A stretch of 50,830 nucleotides of DNA from Alphaproteobacteria bacterium (GTDB lineage: Bacteria > Pseudomonadota > Alphaproteobacteria > JAJFIK01), in the NCBI GenBank assembly GCA_028280665.1, contig JANQLJ010000004.1:1-50830 (forward strand), read 5' to 3'. The notes beneath the pieces were generated by a model that had not been told where the DNA came from, searched no databases, and saw nothing but the letters and a program-made list of their open reading frames with translations. The position numbers and the translations under genes were made by a program. Below, in pieces: positions 16,380-28,847 of this stretch (position 1 is its first letter; the number at the start of each line of letters is the position of its first letter).

Positions 16380-17402
16380 ATGCGAGCTGCCATTTTCGGC
16401 TGTCTGGGACCCCGCCTCAGTGATGCGGAGAAGGCCTTTTTCCGCGAGGCCCGGCCTTGGGGTTTCATCGTCTTTCAGCGCAATTGCGAAAGCCCCGATC
16501 AGTTGCGCGCGCTCACCAGTGAGTTCCGCGAAAGCGTCGGACGTGCCGATGCACCTGTCCTCATAGACCAGGAAGGGGGCCGTGTCGCGCGCCTCAAGCC
16601 GCCGTATTGGCGTGCCTATCCGCCGGGCGAAGCGTTCGCAAGGCTCGCCACCGACGATATGGAAAAGGCCGAGGCGGCGGCGAAGCTCACCATGCAGCTC
16701 ATTGCCGCGGAGCTTGTTGCGGTCGGCATCAATGTGAACTGCCTTCCCATTCTCGATGTGCGCCAGCCTTCAACCCATGACGTAATCGGTGATCGGGCCT
16801 ACGGAAGCGATCCTGAAACCGTCACCCGCATTGGCTGCGCGGTGGCCGAGGGGCTCATGGCGGGCGGGGTGCTTCCCATCATCAAGCACATTCCGGGTCA
16901 TGGCCGCGCGCGGGTGGACAGTCATTTGGAATTGCCCGTGGCGGAGGCGGATTTGGAAACCCTGTGCGCCGCCGATTTCGCACCGTTCAAGGCGCTCGCG
17001 GACCTTCCCATGGCCATGACCGCCCATTTGCTTTACCCGGCTATCGACCCTGAAAAGCCCGCTACAACCTCGGAAAAGGCCGTAAGCGAGGTCATTCGGG
17101 GAGAGATTGGGTTTGACGGCCTGCTCATGACGGACGATCTTTCCATGGAGGCCCTTGGCGGATCCATTGAAGACCGCGCGCGCGAATCGCTTCAGGCTGG
17201 CTGCGACATGATCCTTCATTGCAATGGCAAGATGGAGGAGATGGAATCGGTTGCACGCGCGGCGCCCGGACTGACGGGCCCGGCGCTTCGGCGTGCCGAA
17301 CGAGCCGCCACGTTTCTTGAAGGGCGGCCGCGGGAAGAAGTGGACCCGGAAAAGGCGATCAAGCGCCTGAAGGGTATGGGGATTACGTTGGAGACAGGAT
17401 GA
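16380..17402 (+). CDS. nagZ: Beta-N-acetylhexosaminidase (GH3, NagZ)
   Basis: LIDQEGGRVARL, GINVNCLPILDV and KHIPGHGRARVDSH motifs. The ATG at 16380 is in frame within ORF 16155..17402, whose upstream part overlaps the SPOR gene and is rejected. Confidence 0.9.
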   Translation: MRAAIFGCLGPRLSDAEKAFFREARPWGFIVFQRNCESPDQLRALTSEFRESVGRADAPVLIDQEGGRVARLKPPYWRAYPPGEAFARLATDDMEKAEAAAKLTMQLIAAELVAVGINVNCLPILDVRQPSTHDVIGDRAYGSDPETVTRIGCAVAEGLMAGGVLPIIKHIPGHGRARVDSHLELPVAEADLETLCAADFAPFKALADLPMAMTAHLLYPAIDPEKPATTSEKAVSEVIRGEIGFDGLLMTDDLSMEALGGSIEDRARESLQAGCDMILHCNGKMEEMESVARAAPGLTGPALRRAERAATFLEGRPREEVDPEKAIKRLKGMGITLETG

Positions 17403-18220
17403 GCGAGGACTTTGATGCGCCCGTCAGGACCGCGCCGGCAGAGGTGGACGCCGGGGGCCTGATCATCAACATCGAGGGGTTTGAAGGCCCGCTCGATGTG
17501 CTGCTGGCGCTCGCCCAATCGCAGAAGGTCGACCTCGCCAAGATCTCCATTCTTCAACTGGTGGAGCAATACCTTGCGTTCGTAAGCGAGGCACGCCGTC
17601 TGCGCCTTGAACTGGCTGCCGACTATCTCGTGATGGCGGCGTGGCTCACCTATCTCAAATCGAAACTTCTTTTGCCGCCCGAGGAGGAAGAAGAAGACGG
17701 TGTCTCGGCGGAAGAGATGGCGGCGCGGCTTGCCTTCCAACTGCAGCGGCTTGAGGGGATGCGCACCGTGGCGGCGCGGCTTATGGCGCGGGATCGGCTC
17801 GACCGGGATGTTTTCCGGCGCGGGCAGCCGCAGCAACTCAAAGTGATTAAAACGCCAGCTTACGAAGACAACCTCGTCGATCTTCTTAAAGCATATTCTC
17901 AACAACGCATCCGAACCTTGCCACGTGACTACAAGATCGAACGGCCACCGGTTTGGGCCATTGAAGATGCGCGTCACCGCATTGAATCCATGCTGGGCAA
18001 GATTCCCGATTGGAGCAGTCTCGATCTGCTGCTCCCCCCACGGGCGAATGCCGGGCACAAGTCGGGTCTAGCGAGCACGTTCGCCGCAACCTTGGAGCTT
18101 GTGCGCGATGGGGTAATGGAAGTGCGCCAGCTCGACCGCTTTGGCCCCATTTTTGTGAGACGGCGGGGGTTAAAAGCGGCTAATGATGTAGAGGAAAGCG
18201 ACGATGGACGCGGAAGCTAG
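17399..18220 (+). CDS. scpA: Segregation and condensation protein A
   Basis: FEGPLDVLLALAQSQKVDLAKISILQLVEQYL is an ScpA hallmark. The start is coupled to nagZ by an ATGA overlap. Confidence 0.9.
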   Translation: MSEDFDAPVRTAPAEVDAGGLIINIEGFEGPLDVLLALAQSQKVDLAKISILQLVEQYLAFVSEARRLRLELAADYLVMAAWLTYLKSKLLLPPEEEEEDGVSAEEMAARLAFQLQRLEGMRTVAARLMARDRLDRDVFRRGQPQQLKVIKTPAYEDNLVDLLKAYSQQRIRTLPRDYKIERPPVWAIEDARHRIESMLGKIPDWSSLDLLLPPRANAGHKSGLASTFAATLELVRDGVMEVRQLDRFGPIFVRRRGLKAANDVEESDDGRGS

Positions 18221-18983
18221 CAACGTAGACGTGATGAGCGACGAACCGGACGAAAAAACGGGCGCCGAAGAGGCAGCTTCAAACGTAACGCAACTGCCCC
18301 AAAGCGGGCTGCAGCACCTGCGTATGCTCGAAGCGATGCTGTTCGCCTCGACAAAGCCGCTTTCCGACAAGGACCTCGCCGAACGCATGCCCAAGGGTGT
18401 GGACGTGGGTGCGCTGATCGGTCAACTGCAGGAGCTTTATGAAAAGCGCGGCGTCGTTCTCGACAAGGTGGCGGACAAGTGGGTGTTCCGCACGGCGTCC
18501 GATCTCAACTACCTTTTCCAAAAAGAGGCTGTGGAACCCAAGCGGCTTTCCAAGGCCGCGATCGAAACCCTTGCCATTATCGCGTATCACCAGCCGGCAA
18601 CGCGGGCGGAGATTGAAGAAATTCGCGGCGTGACCGTCAGCAAGGGAACGCTCGATTTGCTGCTCGAAGTGGGCTGGATCCGTTTGCGGGGCCGCAAGCG
18701 CACGCCGGGGCGCCCCATTACCTATGGGACCTCGGAGACGTTCCTCGAACATTTCGGCCTTGAGAATGTGAGCGACCTTCCCGGTCTCGACGATTTGAAG
18801 GCCGCGGGGCTGCTTGAAGCCAACCTGCCGCCCAGTTTCGCGGTGCCGGGCCCGAGCGATGAGCTGTCGGAAGAAGAAGACCCTTATGAGGAAGAAGACC
18901 GCCCGGACCTTCTGACCGAGATTGAGGCCGAGGCGGCGGCGGACCTGCACGAGGCGGATGAAGAGGGCGCCAAGGACGTCTGA
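18204..18983 (+). CDS. scpB: Segregation and condensation protein B
   Basis: LEAMLFAS..PLS, ETLAIIAYHQPATRAEIEEIRGV and GRPITYGTSETFLEHFGL. It overlaps scpA by 17 nt. Confidence 0.9.
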   Translation: MDAEASNVDVMSDEPDEKTGAEEAASNVTQLPQSGLQHLRMLEAMLFASTKPLSDKDLAERMPKGVDVGALIGQLQELYEKRGVVLDKVADKWVFRTASDLNYLFQKEAVEPKRLSKAAIETLAIIAYHQPATRAEIEEIRGVTVSKGTLDLLLEVGWIRLRGRKRTPGRPITYGTSETFLEHFGLENVSDLPGLDDLKAAGLLEANLPPSFAVPGPSDELSEEEDPYEEEDRPDLLTEIEAEAAADLHEADEEGAKDV

Positions 18984-19077
18984 CGAGCGGCCATTTGCAG
19001 TCTAACGCCGCGTCTGCCAGACTCCCGCTTAAGCCAGCGGCGCCGGCATTTGAGGAACTGAAACGAAAGGGCACGCT

Positions 19078-19308
19078 ATGGGTATCCCCGGTTGGGCACA
19101 GCTCCTGCTCGTCCTCGTCTTGGTGATCCTGCTTTTCGGGCGCGGGAAAATCTCGGAACTCATGGGCGATGTCGCTAAAGGCATCCGCAGCTTCCGCCAG
19201 GGGCTCAGCGGGCAAGACGAAGAGAGCGAGACCTCGCCCCCGCAAGAAATCAAGGACGAGACCTCGCGCGAAGAGCAATCCAGCCGGGACGAAACCCGCA
19301 CGTCCTAG
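19078..19308 (+). CDS. tatA: Twin-arginine translocase subunit TatA
   Basis: [25 protein letters not shown] is a canonical TatA/E hinge and amphipathic helix. Confidence 0.92.
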   Translation: MGIPGWAQLLLVLVLVILLFGRGKISELMGDVAKGIRSFRQGLSGQDEESETSPPQEIKDETSREEQSSRDETRTS

Positions 19309-19331
19309 GGCGGGTAGGGCGGCACAAGAGA

Positions 19332-19655
19332 ATGCCCACAATCGGATCAGTTGAACTTCTTATCGTCATTCTGGTGGCGTTTCTCGTGGTGGGACCGCGG
19401 GATTTGCCACGACTGATGCGCAGGATGGGCGAATGGGTCCGCCGGGTCCGCGTCATGGCGACAGAGTTTCAGCACAATCTCGACGCCGTGGTGAAGGAAG
19501 CCGATCTCGAAGACCTCAAGAAAGACGTCACCGCCATCCGCCAGGAAGCGGACGAGATGAAGCGGTCCATTACGAGCCCGCTGCCGCACAAGGAGGAAAC
19601 GCCCGGGAAAGCCATCGGTGAAGGTCCCAGCGAAGGAAAGGGAGCGGGCGAGTGA
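19332..19655 (+). CDS. tatB: Twin-arginine translocase subunit TatB
   Basis: ELLIVILVAFLVVGPRDLPRLMRRMGEWVRRVR, located between tatA and tatC. Confidence 0.88.
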   Translation: MPTIGSVELLIVILVAFLVVGPRDLPRLMRRMGEWVRRVRVMATEFQHNLDAVVKEADLEDLKKDVTAIRQEADEMKRSITSPLPHKEETPGKAIGEGPSEGKGAGE

Positions 19656-20443
19656 GCGAGCCGCATATGGAAGCCAGCCGCGCGCCGCTGCTCGATCACC
19701 TGAGCGAGCTGCGTATCAGGCTCGTCCGCTCGGTCCTTGCCTTCGTGGTGGCGTTTATTCTCTGCTACATTTTTGCCGAACACATCTACGAGTTCCTGGT
19801 GCAGCCGCTAGCGCAAGCCTTCGGTGATGCGGAAGGGCGGCGGCTTATTTTCACCGCACCTCAGGAAACGTTCATAACCTATTTGCGGGTTTCCGCCTTT
19901 GGCGCCTTGTGCGTCTCGTTCCCATGGGTAGCGGTAGAAATTTGGGCCTTCGTCGCGCCGGGGCTCTACAAGAACGAAAAGCGCGCCTTCCTGCCGTTCC
20001 TCCTGGCGACGCCAATCCTGTTCGTTGCAGGGGTTTCGCTTGTCTACTACCTGGTAATGCCGCTCGTCTTCCAGTTCTTTCTCGGGTTCGAGACCCCCGG
20101 CGGCGAGGGCGGCCTTCCCATTGAGCTTGAAACAAGGGTCAGCGAATATCTCTCCCTGGTCATGACGTTGATGTTCGCCTTTGGGGTTTCCTTTCAACTG
20201 CCTGTTCTGCTGACACTTTTGGGCCGTGTGGGGATCGTCACGGCGGACATGCTGCGCAAGGGGCGCAAGTATGCGGTGGTCGGTGTGTTCCTTGTTGCCG
20301 CGTTTCTCACGCCGCCGGACGTGATCAGCCAGATCGGCCTCGCCTTGCCCGTCATGCTGCTCTACGAGATTTCCATTTTAGCAGTGGCTGCGATCGAACG
20401 GCGGCGCACAAGTGAGAGCCCAGAGGCCGGTGCTGGACCCTAG
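19652..20443 (+). CDS. tatC: Twin-arginine translocase subunit TatC
   Basis: PLLDHLSELRIRL, six predicted TMs, and FLTPPDVISQ. It has a GTGA overlap with tatB, and ATG 19667 is an alternative start. Confidence 0.92.
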   Translation: MSEPHMEASRAPLLDHLSELRIRLVRSVLAFVVAFILCYIFAEHIYEFLVQPLAQAFGDAEGRRLIFTAPQETFITYLRVSAFGALCVSFPWVAVEIWAFVAPGLYKNEKRAFLPFLLATPILFVAGVSLVYYLVMPLVFQFFLGFETPGGEGGLPIELETRVSEYLSLVMTLMFAFGVSFQLPVLLTLLGRVGIVTADMLRKGRKYAVVGVFLVAAFLTPPDVISQIGLALPVMLLYEISILAVAAIERRRTSESPEAGAGP

Positions 20444-20504
20444 TTCGCCCCTCGTCTATAGAGGGCCAAAATCTGACAACTCTTGAGTCGAAGGACCGGG
20501 CGTC

Positions 20505-21788
20505 ATGTTTGACATCAAGGCCATCCGGGACGACCCCGAATTATTCGATAGCGGCCTTGCCAAGCGGGGCGTCGAGCCCTGTGCCAAACAAATTCTCGCC
20601 CTTGACGAAGAACGCCGCGCGCTGATCGGCCGGGTGCAGGAAATCCAAACCCGGCGCAACGACGCTTCGAAACAAATCGGGAGCGCCAAGGCGAGTGGCG
20701 ACAATGCCGGGGCTCAACGTCTCATCGACGAAGTGGCCACCCTCAAGGACGAGCTTCAAAAGGGCGAAGACCGCGAGCGCGCGCTTGACGAGGAACTGAG
20801 GGACCTTCTTGCGGGCATCCCGAATATTCCCTTGGCCGATGTGCCCCTGGGCGAGGATGAGACCGCCAACGAGCTGCATCACACCCACGGCGAGCCGCGC
20901 AAGTTCAACTTCGCGCCCAAAGAGCATTTCGACATAGGCGAAGACTTGGGGCTTATGGACTTTGAGACCGCCGCCAAACTGTCTGGCTCACGGTTCGTGG
21001 CGCTCAAAGGCCCCCTGGCCCGCATGGAGCGGGCGCTGGCAAGCTTCATGCTCGATATCCATACGGGCGAGTTCGGGTATGAGGAAACTGTCCCGCCATA
21101 CCTCGTGAGGGATCACGTGATGTATGGCACGGCGCAATTACCGAAATTCGGGGAAGACTCCTTCCGTACCGAGAATGGGTTCTGGCTCATCCCCACGGCG
21201 GAAGTGCCGCTCACAAATCTCGTCCGCGAAAGCATTCTGAGCGAGGAAGAACTGCCCAAGCGCTTCACCGCCTATTCGCCGTGCTTCCGGTCGGAAGCCG
21301 GGTCCGCGGGCAAAGACACGCGCGGCATGATCCGTCAACACCAGTTCTCGAAAGTCGAACTTGTTTCAGTCACTACCCGCGAAGCGTCAAAAGATGAGCT
21401 TGAACGGATGCTGAGCGCCGCCGAAGAGGTGCTGAAACGGCTTGAGCTGCCTTACCGTGTCATGACCCTCTCGACTGGCGATATGGGCTTTGCCGCCCAG
21501 AAGACCTATGACATCGAAGTTTGGCTGCCGGGGCAGGACACATACCGCGAGATTTCGAGCTGTTCCCTGTGCGGTGATTTCCAGGCGAGGCGTATGAACG
21601 CGCGCTACCGTCCGGAAGGTGAAAAGAAGACGCACTTTGTGCACACGCTGAACGGCTCAGGTCTTGCCATCGGCCGCACGATTGTTGCGATCCTTGAAAA
21701 CTATCAGCAGGCGGACGGAAGTGTTGCTGTGCCCAACGCGCTGCAGCCCTACATGGGTGGGCACAAGACCCTATCCAAAGAAAGTTAA
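20505..21788 (+). CDS. serS: Serine--tRNA ligase
   Basis: [12 protein letters not shown], an N-terminal coiled coil, and class II motifs ([30 protein letters not shown]). Confidence 0.97.
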   Translation: MFDIKAIRDDPELFDSGLAKRGVEPCAKQILALDEERRALIGRVQEIQTRRNDASKQIGSAKASGDNAGAQRLIDEVATLKDELQKGEDRERALDEELRDLLAGIPNIPLADVPLGEDETANELHHTHGEPRKFNFAPKEHFDIGEDLGLMDFETAAKLSGSRFVALKGPLARMERALASFMLDIHTGEFGYEETVPPYLVRDHVMYGTAQLPKFGEDSFRTENGFWLIPTAEVPLTNLVRESILSEEELPKRFTAYSPCFRSEAGSAGKDTRGMIRQHQFSKVELVSVTTREASKDELERMLSAAEEVLKRLELPYRVMTLSTGDMGFAAQKTYDIEVWLPGQDTYREISSCSLCGDFQARRMNARYRPEGEKKTHFVHTLNGSGLAIGRTIVAILENYQQADGSVAVPNALQPYMGGHKTLSKES

Positions 21789-21791
21789 ACC

Positions 21792-22610
21792 ATGAAGCCT
21801 CTCGACGGCGTGCGTATTCTTCTCACCAATGATGACGGTATTCACGCGCCGGGGCTCAGCATTTTGGAAGCGATTGCCTCCAGGCTTTCCGATGACGTCT
21901 GGGTCGTCGCGCCCGACAGCGAACAGAGTGGGGCGTCGCATTCGCTCACCTTGCACGAGCCCTTGCGCGTGCGCGAATATGGGCCCCGCCGGTTCTCGGT
22001 GGTGGGAACGCCGACCGATTGCGTGGTGATGGCCATTCATCACCTGCTCAAGGACGGCAAGCCCGCGCTTGTTCTTTCCGGCGTAAACCGTGGCGCCAAT
22101 GTTGCCGATGACATCACCTATTCCGGCACGGTCGCGGGCGCCATGGAAGGAACGGTAATGGGCGTGCCCTCGATCGCCTTGAGCCAAACTTACGGTTGGG
22201 AACACCGCAAACTCCCCCCATGGGAAACCGCCGAAACTCACGGGGCTGATTTGATCGCACGGCTCTGGGATGTGGGCTGGCCGGACCATGTGCTGCTCAA
22301 TGTCAATTTCCCCGACCGCGAACCGGCTGAAGTGACCGGCGTCGAGGTTACCCGGCAAGGCAAACGGGATGCCTCGGCGCTTAGAATTATTGAGCGCGAG
22401 GACGGGCGCGGCATTCCCTATTACTGGTTCGGGTTTCAACCGCCCGAAGTGTTTGCGCCTGAACCGGGCACGGACCGTCATGCCCTTTGGCACGGGCGCA
22501 TCTCCGTCACGCCCTTGCATATGAACTTGACCGAGCCCGGCACGGGTGAAGCGCTTGCGGAAGCCATGGCGGCGGACAAACCTCATGAAGGAGGCACCAA
22601 CCGGTCGTGA
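21792..22610 (+). CDS. surE: 5'/3'-nucleotidase SurE
   Basis: [38 protein letters not shown]. Confidence 0.93.
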   Translation: MKPLDGVRILLTNDDGIHAPGLSILEAIASRLSDDVWVVAPDSEQSGASHSLTLHEPLRVREYGPRRFSVVGTPTDCVVMAIHHLLKDGKPALVLSGVNRGANVADDITYSGTVAGAMEGTVMGVPSIALSQTYGWEHRKLPPWETAETHGADLIARLWDVGWPDHVLLNVNFPDREPAEVTGVEVTRQGKRDASALRIIEREDGRGIPYYWFGFQPPEVFAPEPGTDRHALWHGRISVTPLHMNLTEPGTGEALAEAMAADKPHEGGTNRS

Positions 22611-23263
22611 CCCCCGCGGGCGAAGAGACGGACACGCGTAAAATCGAGTTGATCATGGCGCTGCGGCGGCAGGGCATCACCGATGCGCGGGTGCTGTCGG
22701 CCATTGAGCGGGTGCCGCGCGCGCAATTCGTCGAACCCTCCTTCAAAGCGCAGGCCTATGAGGACCACGCGCTTCCCATTGAATGCGGCCAGACCATCAG
22801 CCAGCCCTATGTCGTCGCCTACATGACCGAGGCGCTGGACGTGGGCCCCCGCATGAAAGTCCTCGAAGTGGGCACGGGGTCCGGCTATCAGGCGGCAGTT
22901 CTCGCGCATTTATGCCGCCGCGTTTACACAATAGAAAGATATCGGACGCTGTTGCGCGATGCGGAAGAACGTTTTCGCGAACTTAATCTCACCAATATCA
23001 CGGCGAAAAGTGGCGATGGATCAAAGGGATGGCCCGAGCAGGCGCCCTTTGACCGCATTATTGTAACGGCTGCCGCAGAAACCTTGCCCGATGCGCTGAT
23101 CGATCAACTGAAAATTGACGGTTGGATGATTATTCCTATCGGGCGGTCCACCAGGGATCAGAAGCTCTATCGCGTGCAAAAGACCGAAAAAGGCGTCGAT
23201 TGCGAAGAGCTCTTGCCGGTGCGCTTCGTTCCTTTGGTCGAGGGGGTGCCGAAGGACATCTGA
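22607..23263 (+). CDS. pcm: Protein-L-isoaspartate O-methyltransferase (canonical copy)
   Basis: [14 protein letters not shown] and [16 protein letters not shown], in the conserved surE-pcm-nlpD context. It has a GTGA overlap with surE, and ATG 22655 is an alternative start. Confidence 0.92.
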   Translation: MTPAGEETDTRKIELIMALRRQGITDARVLSAIERVPRAQFVEPSFKAQAYEDHALPIECGQTISQPYVVAYMTEALDVGPRMKVLEVGTGSGYQAAVLAHLCRRVYTIERYRTLLRDAEERFRELNLTNITAKSGDGSKGWPEQAPFDRIIVTAAAETLPDALIDQLKIDGWMIIPIGRSTRDQKLYRVQKTEKGVDCEELLPVRFVPLVEGVPKDI

Positions 23264-23326
23264 TCTTCCGCTGGGCCACAAGAGCGGGGCGCGTTTTATT
23301 CGCGTTTTGAAAAGGCAGGTAGGAAG

Positions 23327-24346
23327 ATGTCGCAGCAGATCCGGAGTTCGCTGCATGTGGTTCTAAAAGCCGGCACGATTGCCGTCCTCGCAATGATGCT
23401 TGCGTCTTGCGGGCGCGTGCCGTTTGCGCCGGTCTATCACGGCAACGGCCATTTCATCTTTGAAAACCGTGGCGGTCGCGCCGAAGCAGGCAACAGGCCT
23501 TACCAAGTGACCGTGCGCCGGGGTGACACACTTTCTGAGATTGCCCTGCGCCATGGCGTTCCTACCCGCGATCTTGCTCAAGCCAACGGCATTCGCGCGC
23601 CTTTCACGATTTATGCGGGACAGGGCCTCACCATTCCGGGCGCGCCTACTCACACGGTGCGCCGGGGCGAGTCCCTTTCGGTAATTGCTGCGCGCTATGA
23701 CATTGAGATGCGCGCGCTGGCGCGGTCGAACAATATCCGCCGTCCCGACCGGATTTATGCGGGGCAGGAGCTGGTGCTGCCCTGGTCGGCATCGCCCGGC
23801 CGTGCAAGTGCTTCAACCCGCATGGCCTTGAACGACACCTCGCGTTCAAGCCGCCGCGCCGCCGCGCGGCCCCGGGCCGAGCGCACCGCGCCCGCGACAA
23901 GGCGCGTTTCGCCGGTTCCCGCGAGCGCGGTCAGCGCCCGCGACCTTGCCCCGCCGCCGCGTTCCGGGCGGGGTTTCATGTGGCCGGTGGACGGTCCCAT
24001 CGTTTCGGACTTCGGGCCCAAGGGTGGGGGCCAGCACAATGACGGCATCAACATCGCCGTTCCCGAAGGCACGCCCGTGCGGGCGGCCGATAGTGGCGTT
24101 GTGATTTATGCGGGCAACGAAGTGCCCGGCTACGGCAAGCTGATCCTGATCCGCCACGATAACGGTTACGTCACTGCCTACGCCCACAATTCACGGCTCA
24201 ACGTCCCCCAAGGCCACGTGGTGGACCGGGGGGAGATTATCGCGCTTTCCGGGCGCACGGGCCGTGTGACCGAACCTCAGGTCCATTTCGAGGTCCGCCG
24301 CGACACCCAGGCGGTCAACCCGGCCCAATTCCTCGCCGGGGTCTAG
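23327..24346 (+). CDS. LysM-domain / M23 peptidase lipoprotein (NlpD-like)
   Basis: Lipobox-like MLASCG, two LysM repeats ([16 protein letters not shown]..., [16 protein letters not shown]...), and a C-terminal M23 domain ([15 protein letters not shown]...[16 protein letters not shown]). Confidence 0.88.
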   Translation: MSQQIRSSLHVVLKAGTIAVLAMMLASCGRVPFAPVYHGNGHFIFENRGGRAEAGNRPYQVTVRRGDTLSEIALRHGVPTRDLAQANGIRAPFTIYAGQGLTIPGAPTHTVRRGESLSVIAARYDIEMRALARSNNIRRPDRIYAGQELVLPWSASPGRASASTRMALNDTSRSSRRAAARPRAERTAPATRRVSPVPASAVSARDLAPPPRSGRGFMWPVDGPIVSDFGPKGGGQHNDGINIAVPEGTPVRAADSGVVIYAGNEVPGYGKLILIRHDNGYVTAYAHNSRLNVPQGHVVDRGEIIALSGRTGRVTEPQVHFEVRRDTQAVNPAQFLAGV

Positions 24347-24408
24347 AGCTTCAAGGGCTAGAACCAAGGCTTCCGGCTACCTACCTAATCTTCTCACAAG
24401 GGTCCCGT

Positions 24409-24436
24409 TTGCATTGGGGCCAAGCGTGGCTATAGT
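24409..24436 (+). promoter_or_regulatory. Putative sigma70 promoter for yajC-secDF (TTGCAT-16-TATAGT)
   Basis: Read directly: TTGCATtggggccaagcgtggcTATAGT, about 65 nt upstream of the yajC ATG. A GC-rich leader hairpin follows. Confidence 0.4.
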
Positions 24437-24501
24437 CCGCGCCAAATCCTCCCTGGCCCGCCCCCGGCGCGGCGGGGCCGAACCATTGGACTGAGCCGTA
24501 A

Positions 24502-24810
24502 ATGAGCGAAAACCTATCCTTCTTCATCATGATCGCCGCCCTGTTCGGCATCATGTATTTCTTCATGATCCGCCCCCAGCAAAAGCGTTTGCGCGAGCAT
24601 CAGGAAATGGTCGCCGCCATCCGTCGCGGCGACACGGTGGTGACCGCGGGCGGGGTCATCGGCAAGGTGACCAAGGTGATCGACGATCATGAAGCCATGG
24701 TCGAGATTGCCGAAGGCGTGCGCGTCCGCATCGTCAAGCATACGGTGACCGACGTACGCACCAAGGGCGAGCCGTCTGCCGCAACGCCGCCCAAGCCCGC
24801 CAACGACTGA
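24502..24810 (+). CDS. yajC: Preprotein translocase subunit YajC
   Basis: FFMIRPQQKRLREHQEMVAAIRRGDTVVTAGGVIGKV. Confidence 0.92.
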   Translation: MSENLSFFIMIAALFGIMYFFMIRPQQKRLREHQEMVAAIRRGDTVVTAGGVIGKVTKVIDDHEAMVEIAEGVRVRIVKHTVTDVRTKGEPSAATPPKPAND

Positions 24811-24839
24811 CCCGCGCCCGCGTATTTGGAATAAACCGC

Positions 24840-26441
<1,602 letters not shown>

Positions 26442-26457
26442 GGAAGGGGAAAGATCA

Positions 26458-27408
26458 ATGTTGTTACGCCTCGTCCCGAAAAAGACCGACTTCCGGTTCC
26501 TAAGGTTCCGGCTCTTTAGCTTGAACGGCTCGGGCGTGCTTATGGTCGCCTCGCTCGTGCTCTTTTTTCTTGCGGGGCTCAACTACGGGATCGATTTCCG
26601 CGGCGGGATCCTCATACAAACGAGCGTTGAAGAAGCAGTTCCCATCGATGCCTACCGGGACGTAGTGGGCGCGCTTGGCCTCGGCGACAACAGCATTCAG
26701 GAGTTTGGCACGCCGGAAGATGTTCTGATCGTCATCGAAGCGCAATCGGCCACCGGCGGCGAGCGTGAGGTGGAGCTTGCGCAGCAGGCAGCGCTCACCG
26801 AAGCGCGCAATGCCCTTGCCGAGGCCTTTCCGGGAATTGAGTTTGAGCGTACCGAAGTGGTCGGCCCGAAAGTCAGTGGCGAGCTTGTGCGGGCCAGTAC
26901 CATCGCGGTCATCGGCGCGGTGATCCTGGTCTTGCTTTACATCTGGTTTCGTTTCGAATGGCAGTTTGCGGTGGGCGCGGTCGCTGCGCTGGTCCACGAC
27001 GTGGTACTGACCATCGGTGTCTTTTCGCTTCTAAGGCTAGAGTTCAATCTTTCCATCATCGCAGCGCTGCTGACTATTGTCGGTTACTCGCTCAATGACA
27101 CGGTGGTGGTTTTCGACCGCATCCGTGAGAACCTGCGCAAGTACAAGCGCATGCCCATTCAAGAACTGCTGGATCAATCCATCAACGATACCCTGTCGCG
27201 CACGGTTATGACCTCACTCACAACGCTCCTCGCGCTCGGGGCGCTTTATACCTTTGGCGGTGAAGTGATCCGCGGGTTTACCTTTGCGATGATCTGGGGC
27301 GTGGTGATCGGCACCTACTCGTCGATCTTTGTCGCTTCGCCCATTCTCATGATGCTGGGGGTCAAGCGGGACTGGACCGAAGGGGGTGAAGCCGCCGCGA
27401 CGCCTTGA
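26458..27408 (+). CDS. secF: Protein translocase subunit SecF
   Basis: NYGIDFRGG, and IVGYSLNDTVVVFDRIREN. Confidence 0.95.
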   Translation: MLLRLVPKKTDFRFLRFRLFSLNGSGVLMVASLVLFFLAGLNYGIDFRGGILIQTSVEEAVPIDAYRDVVGALGLGDNSIQEFGTPEDVLIVIEAQSATGGEREVELAQQAALTEARNALAEAFPGIEFERTEVVGPKVSGELVRASTIAVIGAVILVLLYIWFRFEWQFAVGAVAALVHDVVLTIGVFSLLRLEFNLSIIAALLTIVGYSLNDTVVVFDRIRENLRKYKRMPIQELLDQSINDTLSRTVMTSLTTLLALGALYTFGGEVIRGFTFAMIWGVVIGTYSSIFVASPILMMLGVKRDWTEGGEAAATP

Positions 27409-27410
27409 GC

Positions 27411-28805
27411 TTACTCGGCGGCGGCGCGGGCGGAGCCTAGCCAACTCTCCAGATCGGTAAGGGCGCGCATGGCGATGGCTCTTTTGCGCGCGCGGCCTTT
27501 TTCCTTACCTTTGAGACGCTTGCCGCTTTCCGTGCGCGGCGTTTCGATCTCGGGAAACAGTCCGAAATTGACATTCATGGGTTGGAACGACCGCTTGCCT
27601 TCTAAAAGGTGCCCGCCGGTGATGTGCGCGACGAGCGCGCCCATAGCCGTTGTGGGGGGCGGCGTAACCGCGTGCTTGCCCAGCCGCTCCGCCGCCGCGA
27701 ACCGCCCCGCCAGAAGCCCCATGGCCGCACTTTCCACATAGCCTTCAACGCCCGTTATCTGGCCGGCGAATCTAAGGCGCGAATCGGCTTTAAGGCGCAG
27801 CCCCGCATCGAGCAGCCTGGGCGAGTTGAGAAACGTATTGCGGTGCAGCCCGCCCAGCCGCGCGAAGCCGGCATCCTCAAGACCAGGGATCATGCGAAAG
27901 ATGCGGGTCTGCTCGCCGTGCCGCAGCTTGGTCTGAAAGCCCACCATGTTGAACAGGGTGCCGAGCGCATTGTCCTGGCGTAGCTGCACCACGGCCCATG
28001 GTTTTTCATCGGGCTTATGCGCATTGGTGAGGCCCACCGGCTTCATGGGCCCGTGGCGCAGGGTCTCGCGGCCCCGTTCGGCCATCACTTCGATGGGCAG
28101 GCAGCCCTCGAAGTAAGGCGTACCTTCCCATTCCTTAAAGTCGGTTTTCCCGCCCGCCAGCAGGGCATCGATGAAGGCCCCGTACTGCTCGCGGGTCAGG
28201 GGGCAGTTGATATAGGCATCGCTCTCGCCCGCGGGACCGGGTTTGTCGTAGCGGGATTGGCGCCAAGCGGTCCCCATGTTTACTGTGTCAGCATAGACGA
28301 TGGGGGCGATGGCGTCGAAAAACGAAAGCTCCTCCTCGCCGGTCAGCGCGCCGATGGCCTCGGCCAAGGCGGGGGAGGTGAGCGGGCCTGTGGCGACGAT
28401 CACGCTGTCCCAATCGGCGGAGGGAAGTTCGGCCACCTCGCCGCGCTCTATGGTGACCAGGGGCTCGTTTTCGAGAGTGGCGGTCACGGCTTCGGAGAAC
28501 CCGTCGCGATCGACAGCCAGCGCCCCACCCGCAGGCACCTGGTGCGCATCGCCCGCGCGCATGATGAGCGAGCCACAGCGGCGCATCTCCTCGTGCAACA
28601 AGCCAACGGCATTTTGTTCCCAATCATCGGAACGGAACGAGTTTGAGCAGACAAGCTCGGCAAGGCCGTCCGTCTTGTGCGCATCGGTGCCGCGCATCGG
28701 GCGCATCTCATGAAGTACCACGGGCACGCCAGCCCTCGCCGCTTGCCACGCCGCCTCGGACCCGGCCAGCCCACCGCCGATGATGTGGATAGGTTTGATG
28801 CTCAT
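27411..28805 (-). CDS. trmFO: Methylenetetrahydrofolate--tRNA-(uracil54-C5)-methyltransferase TrmFO
   Basis: [21 protein letters not shown] fold, [10 protein letters not shown], and [16 protein letters not shown]. Confidence 0.93.
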   Translation of the reverse strand: MSIKPIHIIGGGLAGSEAAWQAARAGVPVVLHEMRPMRGTDAHKTDGLAELVCSNSFRSDDWEQNAVGLLHEEMRRCGSLIMRAGDAHQVPAGGALAVDRDGFSEAVTATLENEPLVTIERGEVAELPSADWDSVIVATGPLTSPALAEAIGALTGEEELSFFDAIAPIVYADTVNMGTAWRQSRYDKPGPAGESDAYINCPLTREQYGAFIDALLAGGKTDFKEWEGTPYFEGCLPIEVMAERGRETLRHGPMKPVGLTNAHKPDEKPWAVVQLRQDNALGTLFNMVGFQTKLRHGEQTRIFRMIPGLEDAGFARLGGLHRNTFLNSPRLLDAGLRLKADSRLRFAGQITGVEGYVESAAMGLLAGRFAAAERLGKHAVTPPPTTAMGALVAHITGGHLLEGKRSFQPMNVNFGLFPEIETPRTESGKRLKGKEKGRARKRAIAMRALTDLESWLGSARAAAE

Positions 28806-28847
28806 GGGCGCAAAACTAGTTCAGGCCTCGCAAGCAATCCAGCCGTT